From an uncultured Actinomycetes bacterium (GTDB lineage: Bacteria > Actinomycetota > Thermoleophilia > RBG-16-64-13): a DNA stretch of 64,000 bases. The notes beneath the pieces are model-generated. The model did no database searches. It worked only from the letters and a program-made list of their open reading frames with translations, and was not told where the DNA came from. The stretch's first letter is position 1, and the number at the start of each line of letters is the position of its first letter. Below are positions 47,458 through 58,541 of this stretch, piece by piece. The stretch is taken from assembly GCA_937148845.1 (NCBI GenBank), contig CAKZRW010000027.1, forward strand, positions 3,555 to 67,554, given 5' to 3'. A program made the position numbers and the translations under genes.

Positions 47458-49098
47458 GTGATGAGAAGAAGCACGAAGACAGCGATATGGGGCGTGGGTA
47501 TCCTGATCCTTGCGCTGCTGGTGGCCGTGTTGCTGGTGGCTTGCGGCGAGGAGACCACCACCACGACGGCGGGGCCAGGCACGACCGCGGGTCCGACCAC
47601 CTCTGCGACCGCGGGCACCACCGAGACCACCGCGCCGGCAGGCCAGCCTGTGACCGGCGGGGTACTGCGTCTGATCCACAATGCCACTCCGCAGGTAGTC
47701 GGCTTCTGGCCCAAGATGGGGCCGGTCGATGAGGGCGGCATCTTCCCCGGCGTTGAGCGGATCATGCGCTTTGCTCCTGGCCGCAAGTTGGAGCCGGACC
47801 TCGCGGAGAGCGTGGTGGAGGACCCCGATGCCCTCACCATCACCGTCAAGTTACACAAAGGCATCAAGTTCCATGACGGCACCGAGCTGACGGCGGAAGT
47901 GGCCAAGTGGAACTACGATCTGGGCGCGGCCGGAGGCAAGCTCCAGTTCGCTGATGCCATCAAGGAATTCGAGATCGTCGACAATTACACCTACGTACTG
48001 CACCTCAACTACTGGCACAATCAGTTGCTACAGTCCTTGGGCTGGGTGCCCATGTTCTCCAAGGACGCCTATGAGAAGAACGGCGGCGAGGAGTGGGCGC
48101 TCAACAACCTGGTGGGGACCGGCCCCTTCATGCTCAAAGACTTCAAGCGTGATCAGTCCTTGACCTGGGTCAAGAACCCCAACTACTGGCGTGAGGGGCA
48201 GCCCTATCTGGACGGCATCGAAGTCACCATCATCCCCGATGCCACCACGGCCTCGGCCATGATGGAAGCGGGCCAGGCCGACATCTGGCAGGCGGCTGAC
48301 GCACAGGCCCGCTCGGAGATGATCAAGAAAGGCTTCAAGGTCCAGACCGGCTGGGCTGGCTTCCAGTTCCATCTCATGCCCAACACGGCTGATCCGGCCT
48401 CGCCGTTCACCGACCAGCGGGTACGCGAAGCGGTCGAGTATGCTTTGGACAAGCCGGCCATCTGCGAGGCCATCGGCTATGGCTTCTACTTCCCCCTCTA
48501 TGCCGTAGCGCCGGAAGGGGAGTGGGGCGGTGACGCCATCGTCGTCAAGAGGGAGTACAACCCCGAGAAAGCCAAGCAGCTCCTGGCGGAGGCAGGGTAT
48601 CCGAATGGTCTCCCCATCGACCTGCTGGCCGTGGCTGAGGCTGGTGGGCGTAACACCGGGGCGGAAGCCGTCAAGGGCTATCTGGATGCCGCCGGGTTCG
48701 TCACCAACATCGACATCGCCGATCCAGGCCGCTTCTACGGTTCGGTCTTCGGCATGGGCTGGAAGCACCTGGCCTTCATGTTCAGCGGGAACGACTACAA
48801 CTACCTGATGTCGTGCAACGCTTGGTGGGGTCCGCAGCCCAAGACCAATCTGGCCAGCTTCGCGCGTCCGGACGATTTCAAGGCCCTATTCGAGCCCGCT
48901 AACATGGCCCGGACCGAGGAAGAGCAGAAGGCAGCCACTGCCAAGATCGTGGCCTATATGAACGAGCATGCGCTCATGATCCCGGTGTTCCACTATCCGG
49001 CGGGGATCGTGATCGCGGACTACGTGCACACCGAGTACCCCATGGAGGGTGGCTTCGTGCACTGGTCTTGGAACACGACCTGGATGGACAAGCACTGA
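47458..49098 (+). CDS. ABC substrate-binding lipoprotein, family 5
   Basis: Lipobox LVAC, Thr/Gly/Pro linker, KFHDGT, VGTGPF, NPNYW, RVREAVEYALD. Confidence 0.92.
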   Translation: MMRRSTKTAIWGVGILILALLVAVLLVACGEETTTTTAGPGTTAGPTTSATAGTTETTAPAGQPVTGGVLRLIHNATPQVVGFWPKMGPVDEGGIFPGVERIMRFAPGRKLEPDLAESVVEDPDALTITVKLHKGIKFHDGTELTAEVAKWNYDLGAAGGKLQFADAIKEFEIVDNYTYVLHLNYWHNQLLQSLGWVPMFSKDAYEKNGGEEWALNNLVGTGPFMLKDFKRDQSLTWVKNPNYWREGQPYLDGIEVTIIPDATTASAMMEAGQADIWQAADAQARSEMIKKGFKVQTGWAGFQFHLMPNTADPASPFTDQRVREAVEYALDKPAICEAIGYGFYFPLYAVAPEGEWGGDAIVVKREYNPEKAKQLLAEAGYPNGLPIDLLAVAEAGGRNTGAEAVKGYLDAAGFVTNIDIADPGRFYGSVFGMGWKHLAFMFSGNDYNYLMSCNAWWGPQPKTNLASFARPDDFKALFEPANMARTEEEQKAATAKIVAYMNEHALMIPVFHYPAGIVIADYVHTEYPMEGGFVHWSWNTTWMDKH

Positions 49099-49173
49099 TC
49101 GACGGCTAGCAAGCAGCAGCCGGTCTACGGCGAGTCTTAGTAGCCGGCGCACAGTAGATGGACCGGGAGAGGC

Positions 49174-49225
49174 GGCGGGGGCGGTCCGCCCGCGGGCGAG
49201 AGGCCCGGGGCGGACCGCCCCCGCC
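49174..49225. terminator. 18-bp GC hairpin after the binding-protein gene
   Basis: GGCGGGGGCGGTCCGCCC...GGGCGGACCGCCCCCGCC. Confidence 0.55.
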
Positions 49226-49280
49226 ATGGTGGCATTCGGTCCGTCGAGCCCGCGATAGAGGTAGGGAAGGAAAGCTTGGT

Positions 49281-51275
49281 ATGGGATCGCGTTACGAACA
49301 CGTCTTCGCCCCTCTGCGCATCCGGGGGGTGGATTTCAAGAACCGCTTGGAGCTAGCGCCGCCGTCACCGAACCTAGCCGACCGTGAAGGCAGAGTGACG
49401 ACCGAGTTCGTCAACTTCTTCCGGAGCTTTGCCCGCGGGGGAGTGGCGGTCATACATGTAGGGAACTCGGTGGTCGACAAGCGGGAGGCCTGCGACGAGG
49501 AACGTCAGCTCGACTTGGGCACCGACGAGTGCATCCTCCCACTCACCCGCTTCGCCGAGATGTGCCAGGGTTTTGGCGTGCAACCTTCGCTGGAAATCAA
49601 CCACAACGGCAAGGACTCTCACTACGACAAGACCGGCCGGCCGGCTTACAGCTGCTCCTCGTTCATCTCGAGCATGGAGCGGTATCGAGCTGCCCTCGCG
49701 GGTCGGGAACCCATCCCCACCATAGAGATGGACCACGCCAAGATCAAAGAGACGGTCGACAAATACGCCATGGCAGCCCTACGCTGTAAGCGGGCCGGCT
49801 TCAAGATGAGCATGATCCATGGGGGCCACGGTAACCTCATCTCCCAGTTCGCCAGCCCGCTCTACAACAAGCGGAAGGACGAGTACGGAGGCTCGCTCGA
49901 GAACCGGGCTCGCTTCGCCATCGAGGTCCTCGATCGGGTCCGTGAGCTGTGCGGGGAAGACTTTGTCATCGAATACCGCATCTCGGCCGATGAGATCCAC
50001 CCCGAGGGTATGCATCTGGACGAGACCCTGCGCTTCATCGAATTGATCCAAGACAAGGTGGATATCCTCCACGTCTCCGCCGGGTTGCATGGTGAGTTCG
50101 AGTACATGCGCAACTGGTGGCAGAACTACCTCATGGAGCGCGAATACAACGTCCACTACGCGGCCACCATCAAGAAGGCCTTCCCGAACCTCATCGTGTG
50201 CACGGTCGGTTCCATCATGAACATCGCCCGGGCTGAGGAGATCATCGCCTCGGGCAAGGCCGATATGGTAGCCATGTGCCGGCCCTTGTTGGCCGACCCC
50301 GAGATGCCGCGCAAGTATGCTCTGGGGAAAGAAGAGGACCATCGGCCTTGCCTGCGCTGCCAGTATTGCGGTTTTCGCTTGATCGTTCCTGCGGTGATCA
50401 ACTGCGCCGTCAATCCCTATCTGGGCAACGAGACCGAATTCCCCGCAGGTCGGGTCTCCCGGGCTGAGGTCACGAAGCGTGTGGCCGTCGTGGGTGGTGG
50501 TCCCGCCGGGCTGCAGGCCTTGCTCACCCTCTGTGAACGCGGGCACGACGTCACCCTCTACGAAAAGAGCGACCGTCTGGGTGGGCACCTGGTGCCCGGT
50601 TCCGCCCTACCCTTCAAGCAGGACATACGCGACTATTTGGCCTATCTCTTGCGCCAGGCGCGCAAGGCGCCCGCTCGCATACTTCTGAATACCGAAGCCA
50701 CCCCGGAGCTACTTGAGAAAGAAGGCTACGACGCCCTCATAATCGCCGTGGGCTCGCGGCCCCTAGTGCCGCAGGTGCCGGGCATCGACAAGCCACACGT
50801 GCACTGGGCTCCCCTCGCCGACACCGGCCAGGTAAAGGTGGGGGAGAAGACGGTGATCGTGGGGGCAGGTTCGGTGGGTATCGAAAGCGCCATCGGGCTA
50901 AAGCAGGCCGGCAAGGACGTGGTCGTGGTGGAGATGGCCTCCGATCTGGAAAACCTGAGGCGGTCATCCGGGGCGGTTGCGGGTGAGCTCTTGCGGTTGG
51001 TGGAAGAGCTCGCCATTCCCATCCACTTGGATTGTGCCCTTGCGGAAGTGACCGACTCCGGCGTCGTCTGCCGCAGTACGCGGGAGGGAAAGGCGGTGGA
51101 GTTCCCGGCCGACACCGTGCTTCTGGCTGTAGGCCTGGAGCCGTGCTACGACGCGGCCGATTCGTTGCGACGGACGGTGCCCGAGACCGAGGTGTATGTA
51201 GTGGGTGACGCCCGCGAGGTGGGGACGATTGCGACAGCGGTGATGTCAGCTTTCCGAGCGGCGGCTTATATCTAG
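49281..51275 (+). CDS. NADH:flavin oxidoreductase (OYE plus FAD domain; FadH/BaiCD-like) with a 4Fe-4S motif
   Basis: FKNRLELAP, HGGHGNLISQF, RKDEYGGSLENRARF, CLRCQYC-x11-C, VVGGGPAG. Confidence 0.9.
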   Translation: MGSRYEHVFAPLRIRGVDFKNRLELAPPSPNLADREGRVTTEFVNFFRSFARGGVAVIHVGNSVVDKREACDEERQLDLGTDECILPLTRFAEMCQGFGVQPSLEINHNGKDSHYDKTGRPAYSCSSFISSMERYRAALAGREPIPTIEMDHAKIKETVDKYAMAALRCKRAGFKMSMIHGGHGNLISQFASPLYNKRKDEYGGSLENRARFAIEVLDRVRELCGEDFVIEYRISADEIHPEGMHLDETLRFIELIQDKVDILHVSAGLHGEFEYMRNWWQNYLMEREYNVHYAATIKKAFPNLIVCTVGSIMNIARAEEIIASGKADMVAMCRPLLADPEMPRKYALGKEEDHRPCLRCQYCGFRLIVPAVINCAVNPYLGNETEFPAGRVSRAEVTKRVAVVGGGPAGLQALLTLCERGHDVTLYEKSDRLGGHLVPGSALPFKQDIRDYLAYLLRQARKAPARILLNTEATPELLEKEGYDALIIAVGSRPLVPQVPGIDKPHVHWAPLADTGQVKVGEKTVIVGAGSVGIESAIGLKQAGKDVVVVEMASDLENLRRSSGAVAGELLRLVEELAIPIHLDCALAEVTDSGVVCRSTREGKAVEFPADTVLLAVGLEPCYDAADSLRRTVPETEVYVVGDAREVGTIATAVMSAFRAAAYI

Positions 51276-51336
51276 AGACCGGACGCCCGGGGCCGGACCT
51301 AAGGGAGGGGACATATGGGCGCGATGTTCTCCGTCC

Positions 51337-52746
51337 TCAGCGTGCGGGTGTCTCGCTCAGACCCAGTGCGCTGGGATCCAGTGGCTGCACACCTTCCTCG
51401 GGCCGGAAAAGAAGGGGGTCCAGCTCCGCCGGTATCTGCGTCAGTCGGGCTCGCTGGGCTCTGGACAGAGGGAGGTCGGACAGGGTCTCCCGGCCGGGAA
51501 GCACCGGTAGGGCTCGATACCGGGTGGGGAAGCGGCTGACGTCGCGTTGCACGTACACGGGTAGGTAGCTCAGGCCGGTCACGCGGGCGCGAAAGCCGGA
51601 CTTCTCGAGGTGAAGGTAGGCGATGAGACCGCTGTCCGAGTACCGCCAGGGCTGGTTGGAGAGGAAGTTGCCGAGCGAGTAGGCTACGTACTTGCCGGGA
51701 CCGCCTGCCAACCCCCCGACGCGGGCTATGGGCTGTACGACGTGGGAATGGTGGCCGATGATGACATCCACTCCTCGCGATAATACGGCCTCCGACTCGA
51801 GCAAGGCACGGGTGACGGCAATCTGTCTGGCGTGGGGTTGTCTCTGGTACTCGTCGCCCCAATGCACGAGAGCTACCACTATCTCGGCCCCAAGAAGTCG
51901 CGCAAGCGCGGCGTCGCTGGCCACCCGATCGACATCGAGCCGGTTGACAGCATAGGTCCCCCGTTCGCGCGGTGGGCTATGCCCGTTAAGGGTCTCAGTG
52001 TAGGCTAGGAAGCCTACATGTACTCCTTTGAGGTCGACCACCAGGGGGGTCTGGCTCTCGGTCAGGGAGCGGTTTGTGCCCACGTGAGCCAGACCGGCTT
52101 GGGCGAGTCTGTCGATGGTGGCCACCAACCCCGACCAGCCTCTGTCCAAACAGTGGTTGTTGGCCGTGGTACAGAGATCGATGCCAGCCTGGCGCAGAGC
52201 GAGCGCAAGCTCCAGGGGAGCGTTGAACAGAGGAAAGCCGGTGTAGCCGCTCTCCGGTCCCGCCAGGGGGGTCTCCAGGTTGGCCACCGCGTAGTCGGCC
52301 GCTCTCAGGTAAGGCGCCACGTGCCGGAGAATCGGTGTGAAGTCGTAGGCTGCAGCCGCAGTACCGCCTCGAGGGTTCTCGCCATCCCCCGGTCTTGTCC
52401 TTGCCACCCGGGCGGAGTCGACTAGACGCTCGTGGGGGATGACATCCCCGATGAAAGCTATGGTCACGCGGACGTTCTCCTCGGGCAGGGCCGGCATGAC
52501 CGCGGCCGCCGCGAGTGGGTACACTAATGACAGCACCCAGGGGAGCGCAGGTAACGACGCGGCAAACAGTACCGCAAACACGAGGACCGCCCGCCTCGCT
52601 GCGAAGACCGAACGCATCGCCAGGGTCAAGGCAGACAGGGCCCGGTGTCGGCGTGGACAGCGGCGTTGCGTAGACCGGGACCGCGGGTCTTCCCAGCTCG
52701 AACCACGGTCAAGGGAGCAGGTCAGCTGTTTCTCGCAGAGGCCCAT
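51337..52746 (-). CDS. CapA/PGA_cap family metallophosphoesterase-like protein
   Basis: FIGDV, ANLETP, TANNHCLD, VHWGDEY, IGHHSHVVQP, YSLGNF. Confidence 0.88.
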   Translation of the reverse strand: MGLCEKQLTCSLDRGSSWEDPRSRSTQRRCPRRHRALSALTLAMRSVFAARRAVLVFAVLFAASLPALPWVLSLVYPLAAAAVMPALPEENVRVTIAFIGDVIPHERLVDSARVARTRPGDGENPRGGTAAAAYDFTPILRHVAPYLRAADYAVANLETPLAGPESGYTGFPLFNAPLELALALRQAGIDLCTTANNHCLDRGWSGLVATIDRLAQAGLAHVGTNRSLTESQTPLVVDLKGVHVGFLAYTETLNGHSPPRERGTYAVNRLDVDRVASDAALARLLGAEIVVALVHWGDEYQRQPHARQIAVTRALLESEAVLSRGVDVIIGHHSHVVQPIARVGGLAGGPGKYVAYSLGNFLSNQPWRYSDSGLIAYLHLEKSGFRARVTGLSYLPVYVQRDVSRFPTRYRALPVLPGRETLSDLPLSRAQRARLTQIPAELDPLLFRPEEGVQPLDPSALGLSETPAR

Positions 52747-52901
52747 CGCCTCCTACTCTAACAGCCCGACCAGATGGCAAACTACTGGCCTGAGCGCTGA
52801 GATGCGAGTGTGGCTTGACGCTAGTTGCAGGCTGTGAGAAAAAGAGCCGTTGAACGCTGCTAGAGCTGGGTAGAGACACGGGTTCTGGACAAGGAGAGGA
52901 C

Positions 52902-54719
52902 ATGGCCGCGAGCGCAGAAGGACCGAGCGAGGTACGCCAGGACTTCATCCGCGAGCTGGTCCAGCGGGACCTGGCGTCCGGTCGAGTCAAGAGCGTGGTG
53001 ACCAGGTTCCCTCCGGAGCCGAACGGCTATCTGCACATTGGACACGCCAAGTCCATCTACCTCAACTTCGGTATCGCCCGCGACTTCGGTGGCCGCTGCA
53101 ACTTGCGCATGGACGACACCAATCCCACCAAAGAAGACGTGGAGTATGTGGACTCCATCTTGGAAGACGTCACCTGGCTGATAGACGGCTGGGCCGACCA
53201 TTGTCTTGCTCTCAAGCCCAAGGGGGCTCTTCCCGAGCGCCAGGTGGTCGACGGGCGGGAGGATTTTTTCATGGTTCCGGCCATGGTGAGAGAAAGCGGC
53301 GGTCGAGCCTTGGAACCGTTCTACGCCTCCGACTACTTCGAAGCCTTGTACGAGTTCGCGCTACAGCTGATCCGGAAGGGCAAGGCCTACGTCTGTGACC
53401 ACACGCCCGAAGAAGTGGACGCCATGCGTGGGGCCCCCGACAGCCCGGGGCAGGAAAGCCTCTACCGGAACCGCTCGGTCGAGGAGAACCTGGACCTCTT
53501 CCAGCGCATGCGCGCGGGCGAATTCCCCGATGGGGCGCGGACCTTGCGCGCGAAGATCGACATGGCCTCTTCCAACGTGTGGCTGCGCGACCCGGTGCTC
53601 TACCGCATCCGCCACACTTCCCATCATCACACCGGGGACGCCTGGTGCATCTACCCGATGTACGACTTCGCGCACGGCCTCAGCGACTACATCGAAGGCG
53701 TGACCCACAGTCTTTGCACTCTTGAGTTCGAGGTCCATCGGCCCCTTTACGAATGGCTCCTTGAGGCACTGGACCTGCCGCGCGTGCATCCCATCCAGCG
53801 CGAGTTCGCGCGGCTCAACCTCAGCTACACCGTCATGAGCAAGCGCAAGCTACTGCGCTTGGTAGAGGAAGGCTATGTGCGCGGCTGGGACGACCCCCGT
53901 ATGCCGACCATCGCCGGCATGCGCCGCCGCGGCTATCCCCCTGAGGCCATCCGCGCTTTCTGCGATCGCATCGGGGTGGCTAAGAGGGAGAATCTGGTGG
54001 AGCTCAGTCTGCTTGAGCACTTCGTACGCGACGAACTCAACCGCACGGCGCCCAGGGCCATGGCAGTGCTGCGGCCTCTGCGACTGGTGATCGAGAGCTA
54101 TCCGGCGGACAAGGTGGAGGAGTTCGAGGTGCCTCGCAACCCGGAGGATCCTTCGGCCGGCCTACGTAGGGTGCCCTTCTCGCGGGTCCTCTACATCGAA
54201 AGAGATGACTTCCGAGAGGTGCCCCCTCCCCAGTACCATCGCTTGAGCCCGGGGGTGGAAGTGAGGTTGCGGGGGGCCTATCTCGTCACCTGCACTGGGG
54301 TGGTCAAGGATCCGGGTACGGGGGACATCATCGAGGTGCGAGCTGTGCACGACCCGGCTTCACGAGGCGGGGATGCTCCCGATGGCCGCAAAGTGAAGGG
54401 GACCATCCACTGGGTGTCGGCTGCTCACGCCTTGCTGGCCGAGGTCAGACTCTATGACACTCTTTTTGCGGTGAAGGATCCCGAAGAGGGGCCCCGGGGT
54501 GGGGATTTTACGGCCAACCTCAATCCCGCCTCATTGGAGGTACTGAGCGACTGTCGAGTGGAGCCCTCGCTGAGTGGCGCGTTGCCAGGACAGCGTTTCC
54601 AATTCGAACGCCTGGGTTACTTCTGCGTCGACCCCGATTCGCGGCTGGGGCGGCTGGTCTTCAACCGTACGGTCACGCTCAAAGACACGTGGGCCAAGAT
54701 CGAGAAGAAGTCCGGCTGA
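52902..54719 (+). CDS. glnS: Glutamine--tRNA ligase
   Basis: [60 protein letters not shown]. Confidence 0.96.
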   Translation: MAASAEGPSEVRQDFIRELVQRDLASGRVKSVVTRFPPEPNGYLHIGHAKSIYLNFGIARDFGGRCNLRMDDTNPTKEDVEYVDSILEDVTWLIDGWADHCLALKPKGALPERQVVDGREDFFMVPAMVRESGGRALEPFYASDYFEALYEFALQLIRKGKAYVCDHTPEEVDAMRGAPDSPGQESLYRNRSVEENLDLFQRMRAGEFPDGARTLRAKIDMASSNVWLRDPVLYRIRHTSHHHTGDAWCIYPMYDFAHGLSDYIEGVTHSLCTLEFEVHRPLYEWLLEALDLPRVHPIQREFARLNLSYTVMSKRKLLRLVEEGYVRGWDDPRMPTIAGMRRRGYPPEAIRAFCDRIGVAKRENLVELSLLEHFVRDELNRTAPRAMAVLRPLRLVIESYPADKVEEFEVPRNPEDPSAGLRRVPFSRVLYIERDDFREVPPPQYHRLSPGVEVRLRGAYLVTCTGVVKDPGTGDIIEVRAVHDPASRGGDAPDGRKVKGTIHWVSAAHALLAEVRLYDTLFAVKDPEEGPRGGDFTANLNPASLEVLSDCRVEPSLSGALPGQRFQFERLGYFCVDPDSRLGRLVFNRTVTLKDTWAKIEKKSG

Positions 54720-54778
54720 GCAGATACAGCCACGGGTGAGGCCCACGCGAAGCGGCGTGATGCTAAACTCTTTGGCGT

Positions 54779-54852
54779 TGCCCGATGGTGTAACGGCAGC
54801 ACGACTGACTCTGGATCAGTTAGTCGAGGTTCGAATCCTCGTCGGGCAGCCA
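54779..54852 (+). tRNA. tRNA-Gln(CTG)
   Basis: Acceptor stem TGCCCGA/TCGGGCA, anticodon CTG at 54811-54813, GGTTCGAATCC T-arm, encoded CCA. Confidence 0.96.
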
Positions 54853-54887
54853 GTCTTTTCGCCGGTGCCTGGACCGGGAGAGCGAGA

Positions 54888-57800
54888 TTGGTAGGTCAGG
54901 GTGAGGGCGCTGCGCAGACGTCTGGCGGCGTAACGGGGGCTGTGCGCGACCGGCTAAAAGCCGGTCTGGCACGTAGCCGACGGCAAGGTCCGACTGGACT
55001 TTTCACCCGCCTTTCTCGCACGGGTAGAGTCTTGGCAGCTGGCGCGGTACTGGTGGCCACCGTCTTTCTCACCATATGGGTAGGCGCTCTCTCAGCCCCT
55101 GCGAGTGCGCTTGAGCGATCCGCCCCTGTACTCTCCGCCTGCGAAGTAGATTACCCGCCTTTCTGCTTTGTGGATGGTCAGGGCAAGCCAGCCGGCTTCT
55201 CAGTGGAACTCCTGCGGGCCGCTCTGGAGAGAGTGGGCCTCGAGGTGACTTTCCGCACGGGCGTATGGGCTGAAGTCAAGGATTGGCTCGCTCAAGGCCA
55301 GGTTCAGGTCCTGCCCTTGGTAGGCCGCACCCCGGAACGGGAGGAGTTGTTCGACTTCACCGTCCCCTATCTGACCATGCATGGCGCGATCGTTGTTCGG
55401 CAGCAGGACTCGGCTGTAAAGACACTAGCCGACCTGCAGGGGAAGCGGGTGGCGGTGATGCAGGGCGACAACGCCGAGGAGTTCCTACGGCGAGAGGACC
55501 GCGCGTTCCCGATCTACACCACACCCACCTTCTCCGAGGCTCTTCGTGGCTTGGCGGCCGGCCACTACGACGCCGTAGTGATTCAACGGCTGGTGGCTCT
55601 GCGACTGATCGAAGAGCTGAAGTTGACCGGTCTGAGAGTCGTGGAGCGACCGATCGAGGGTTTCAGCCAGGATTTCTGCTTTGCCGTGAGGGAGGATGAC
55701 CAGGAACTGCTGGGGGCGCTTAACGAGGGTCTGGCACTGGTCTTTGCCGATGGTACCTATCGGCGTCTTCATGCCAAGTGGTTTGCGGCGCTTGAGCTTC
55801 CTGCCGCAAGGCGCATTGTGGTGGGTGGGGACGAGGCGCACGCACCCTTCGAGTTCATTGACGACAAGGGCCGACCGGCGGGGTACAACGTCGATCTGGT
55901 CTGGGCCGTGGCGAGAGAGATGGGCCTGGACGTGGAGATCCGCTTGGGGCCCTGGGCCGACATGCGAGCGGGGCTTGCCCGGGGCGACATAGATGTCCTG
56001 GAGGGGATGCTCTATTCGCCGGAGCGTGACCAGGTCTTTGACTTCAGTCAGCCTCACACTGTCAACTACTACGTCAGCGCGGTGCGCAAAGGGAGTGGTC
56101 CTCCCCCCGAGTCGCTGGCCGACCTCGAAGGCAAGACCATAGTGGTGCAGGCCGGGGACATGGCTCACGACTTCCTGCTCAAGGAAGGGCTCGGGGACCG
56201 GCTGACCACTGTCAAGTCGCAGGGCGAGGCGCTTGCGGCAGTGGCAGAGGGCCGTTATGACTGCACGCTGGTGTCCCGCATCCCTGCCCGGTACGAGATG
56301 GAGAAGCAGGGTCTTGCTGACAAGCTCCAGCTGGGGAAGAACTCCTTCTTCACCGCCGACTATTGCTTTGCAGTGCGGGAGGGAGAGACGGCTCTCCTTG
56401 CCGCCTTTGCCGAGGGTCTCCGTCTTATCAAGGAAAGCGGCGAGTATCACGAGATCTACCAGCGTTGGCTGGGTGTCTACGAGGAGCCCAAGACTTCTGC
56501 TGCCACCGTTCTGCGCTACGTGGCCTACGTGGTAGGGCCTTTGATGGTGTTGTTGGTAGTAGCGGGTCTCTGGACCTGGTCTCTACGTCGTCAGATAGCC
56601 AAGCGGACGGAGGACCTGCAGCTGGTCGAGATCGGTGTGGACAACATTGGCGACCTTCTCATGTGGGTGGATCGGACGGGCCGGTTCGTCAAGGTCAATC
56701 AAGAACTGTGTCGTCGTCTGGGCTACAGCCGCGAGGAGCTGCTCACCATGAGGGTGCCCGACATCGATGTCGATCCCCCTTGGAGTTCCTGGGAGGAGCA
56801 TTGGCAGGAACTGAAGGAGCACGGCACATTACGTTTCGAGACCAGGCACCGTACCAAGGGGGGAGAGGTGTACCCGGTCGAGCTCACCATCACCTATTTT
56901 GAGTACGGTGGTCGCGAGCTCAACGTGACCTTCGGCCGCGATATCAGCGAACGCAAACGCATGGAGCAGGAGCGGGAGATCACCACCCAGGCCATCGAGC
57001 AGATCAGCGTAGGGATGATGCGCGTGGACCGGGAGGGGCGGATACTCGATGTGAACAACCACATGTGCCGCATGCTCGGCTATTCGCGAGACGAACTGCT
57101 AGCGCTCCGGGTTTGGGATGTGGCGATCGAGAATACGCCCGAGGACTGGCCGGCGCGGTGGGAGTTCCTGGGCAGTCAGGAGTCACTCACCTTCGAGCGG
57201 CTTTTCCGCACCAAGGCGGGCGACTTAGTGACTATGGAGGTAACGGCTAGCATCGTCGAGTTCGAAGGGGAAGAGTTCAATCACGCCCTCATCCGCGACA
57301 TCAGCGAACGCAAGCGGGTCGAGGCTGTCCTAAGGGAGCGTGACGAGCAGTTGCGCCAGGCCCAGAAGATGGAAGCCGTGGGCCGACTGGCGGGCGGGAT
57401 CGCGCACGACTTCAACAACCTGCTCACGGCCATCATCGGTTACAGCGACCTCATCCTCGCTGATCCCCGCTTCGCCGACACCCCCTGGTATGACGACCTC
57501 TGCGAAATCAAGAAGGCGGCGGAGCGCGCTGGAGGGCTCACCCAGCAGATCCTGGCCTTCTCGCGCAAACAATTGCTCCAACCCCAGGTGGTCGCGATCA
57601 ACGAGCTCGTGGGGGAGACGCTGCCGCTCTTGCGGCGCACCTTGGGGGAGGACATAGAGCTCGTGGCTGAACTTCATCCCGAAGGCGGCATGGTGGAGGT
57701 CGACCCTCACCAGTTCACGCAGGTGCTGATGAATCTGGCAGTCAATGCCAGGGATGCCATGCCGCTGGGGGGAAGACTGGTCTTTGCCACTACCAACGTG

Positions 57801-58508
57801 CGTATAACCGATCCGACCCAAGTCGGCGACCCAGACTTGAAGCCGGGTGAGTATGTGCGTCTGACCGTGTCGGACACCGGCATCGGAATGGACGCAGAGA
57901 CGCTCTCTCACGTCTTCGAGCCATTCTTCACTACTAAGGCTCCTGGGCAGGGTACCGGGTTGGGTCTGCCCACGGCTTATGGCATCGTCAAACAGAGTGG
58001 GGGAACCATCGTGGTACACAGCACGCCTGGTGAGGGGAGCACTTTCGCGGTCTACCTGCCGCACGCGGAGACCAAGGCTGTGTCGGAGGAAGAGGCGCCG
58101 ATTCTGGCCAAAGCGAACCCCGATAGCCATACGATACTGTTGGTGGAGGATGAGGAATCTGTGCGTGGTCTGGTCGAGCGGATGCTCGTCAGCATGGGGC
58201 ACACCGTCTTGAGTGCAGGGTCGGGGGGCGAAGCGCTCAGACTATTTGAGGAGCATCCCGAGGTGGACCTTGTAGTGACAGATGTGGTACTTCCTGGGGG
58301 TATGAATGGGAGCGATCTAGCCCAGATCGTGCGCCAGAGGGCCCCTGAGGTGCCGGTGCTTCTGGTCTCTGGGTACCCCTTGAACGTCGACCTCGACCAG
58401 AAGCTGGGGCAGTCTGAGCTCTTCTACCTGGAGAAGCCGTTTACCGCTGAGGAGCTCGCCGCCAAGATAGAGGCGATGCTCACCGCTCGCCGAAACCAGG
58501 AGACGTGA
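54888..58508 (+). CDS. Hybrid sensor histidine kinase (two family-3 SBP domains, TM, two PAS, HisKA, HATPase, REC)
   Basis: DYPPF and HAPFEF SBP repeats, two DISERK PAS ends, [38 protein letters not shown]. Confidence 0.92.
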   Translation: MVGQGEGAAQTSGGVTGAVRDRLKAGLARSRRQGPTGLFTRLSRTGRVLAAGAVLVATVFLTIWVGALSAPASALERSAPVLSACEVDYPPFCFVDGQGKPAGFSVELLRAALERVGLEVTFRTGVWAEVKDWLAQGQVQVLPLVGRTPEREELFDFTVPYLTMHGAIVVRQQDSAVKTLADLQGKRVAVMQGDNAEEFLRREDRAFPIYTTPTFSEALRGLAAGHYDAVVIQRLVALRLIEELKLTGLRVVERPIEGFSQDFCFAVREDDQELLGALNEGLALVFADGTYRRLHAKWFAALELPAARRIVVGGDEAHAPFEFIDDKGRPAGYNVDLVWAVAREMGLDVEIRLGPWADMRAGLARGDIDVLEGMLYSPERDQVFDFSQPHTVNYYVSAVRKGSGPPPESLADLEGKTIVVQAGDMAHDFLLKEGLGDRLTTVKSQGEALAAVAEGRYDCTLVSRIPARYEMEKQGLADKLQLGKNSFFTADYCFAVREGETALLAAFAEGLRLIKESGEYHEIYQRWLGVYEEPKTSAATVLRYVAYVVGPLMVLLVVAGLWTWSLRRQIAKRTEDLQLVEIGVDNIGDLLMWVDRTGRFVKVNQELCRRLGYSREELLTMRVPDIDVDPPWSSWEEHWQELKEHGTLRFETRHRTKGGEVYPVELTITYFEYGGRELNVTFGRDISERKRMEQEREITTQAIEQISVGMMRVDREGRILDVNNHMCRMLGYSRDELLALRVWDVAIENTPEDWPARWEFLGSQESLTFERLFRTKAGDLVTMEVTASIVEFEGEEFNHALIRDISERKRVEAVLRERDEQLRQAQKMEAVGRLAGGIAHDFNNLLTAIIGYSDLILADPRFADTPWYDDLCEIKKAAERAGGLTQQILAFSRKQLLQPQVVAINELVGETLPLLRRTLGEDIELVAELHPEGGMVEVDPHQFTQVLMNLAVNARDAMPLGGRLVFATTNVRITDPTQVGDPDLKPGEYVRLTVSDTGIGMDAETLSHVFEPFFTTKAPGQGTGLGLPTAYGIVKQSGGTIVVHSTPGEGSTFAVYLPHAETKAVSEEEAPILAKANPDSHTILLVEDEESVRGLVERMLVSMGHTVLSAGSGGEALRLFEEHPEVDLVVTDVVLPGGMNGSDLAQIVRQRAPEVPVLLVSGYPLNVDLDQKLGQSELFYLEKPFTAEELAAKIEAMLTARRNQET

Positions 58509-58541
58509 CGAGAAGGTAGCGCGGAATCGCTGTCTCTCCGG

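Noticed and set aside
24112..51275. Calling the SnoaL, SDR and OYE genes a bai bile-acid operon
   Set aside because: Only family-level resemblance; no CoA ligase or CoA transferase is present and the gene order differs
52747..52901. Possible T-box leader upstream of glnS
   Set aside because: No GGTGGNACC T-box or terminator, and the region is short and shared with a divergent gene
54779..54900. tRNA as an integration site for a genomic island
   Set aside because: No integrase, and I saw no duplicated tRNA 3' end in the window
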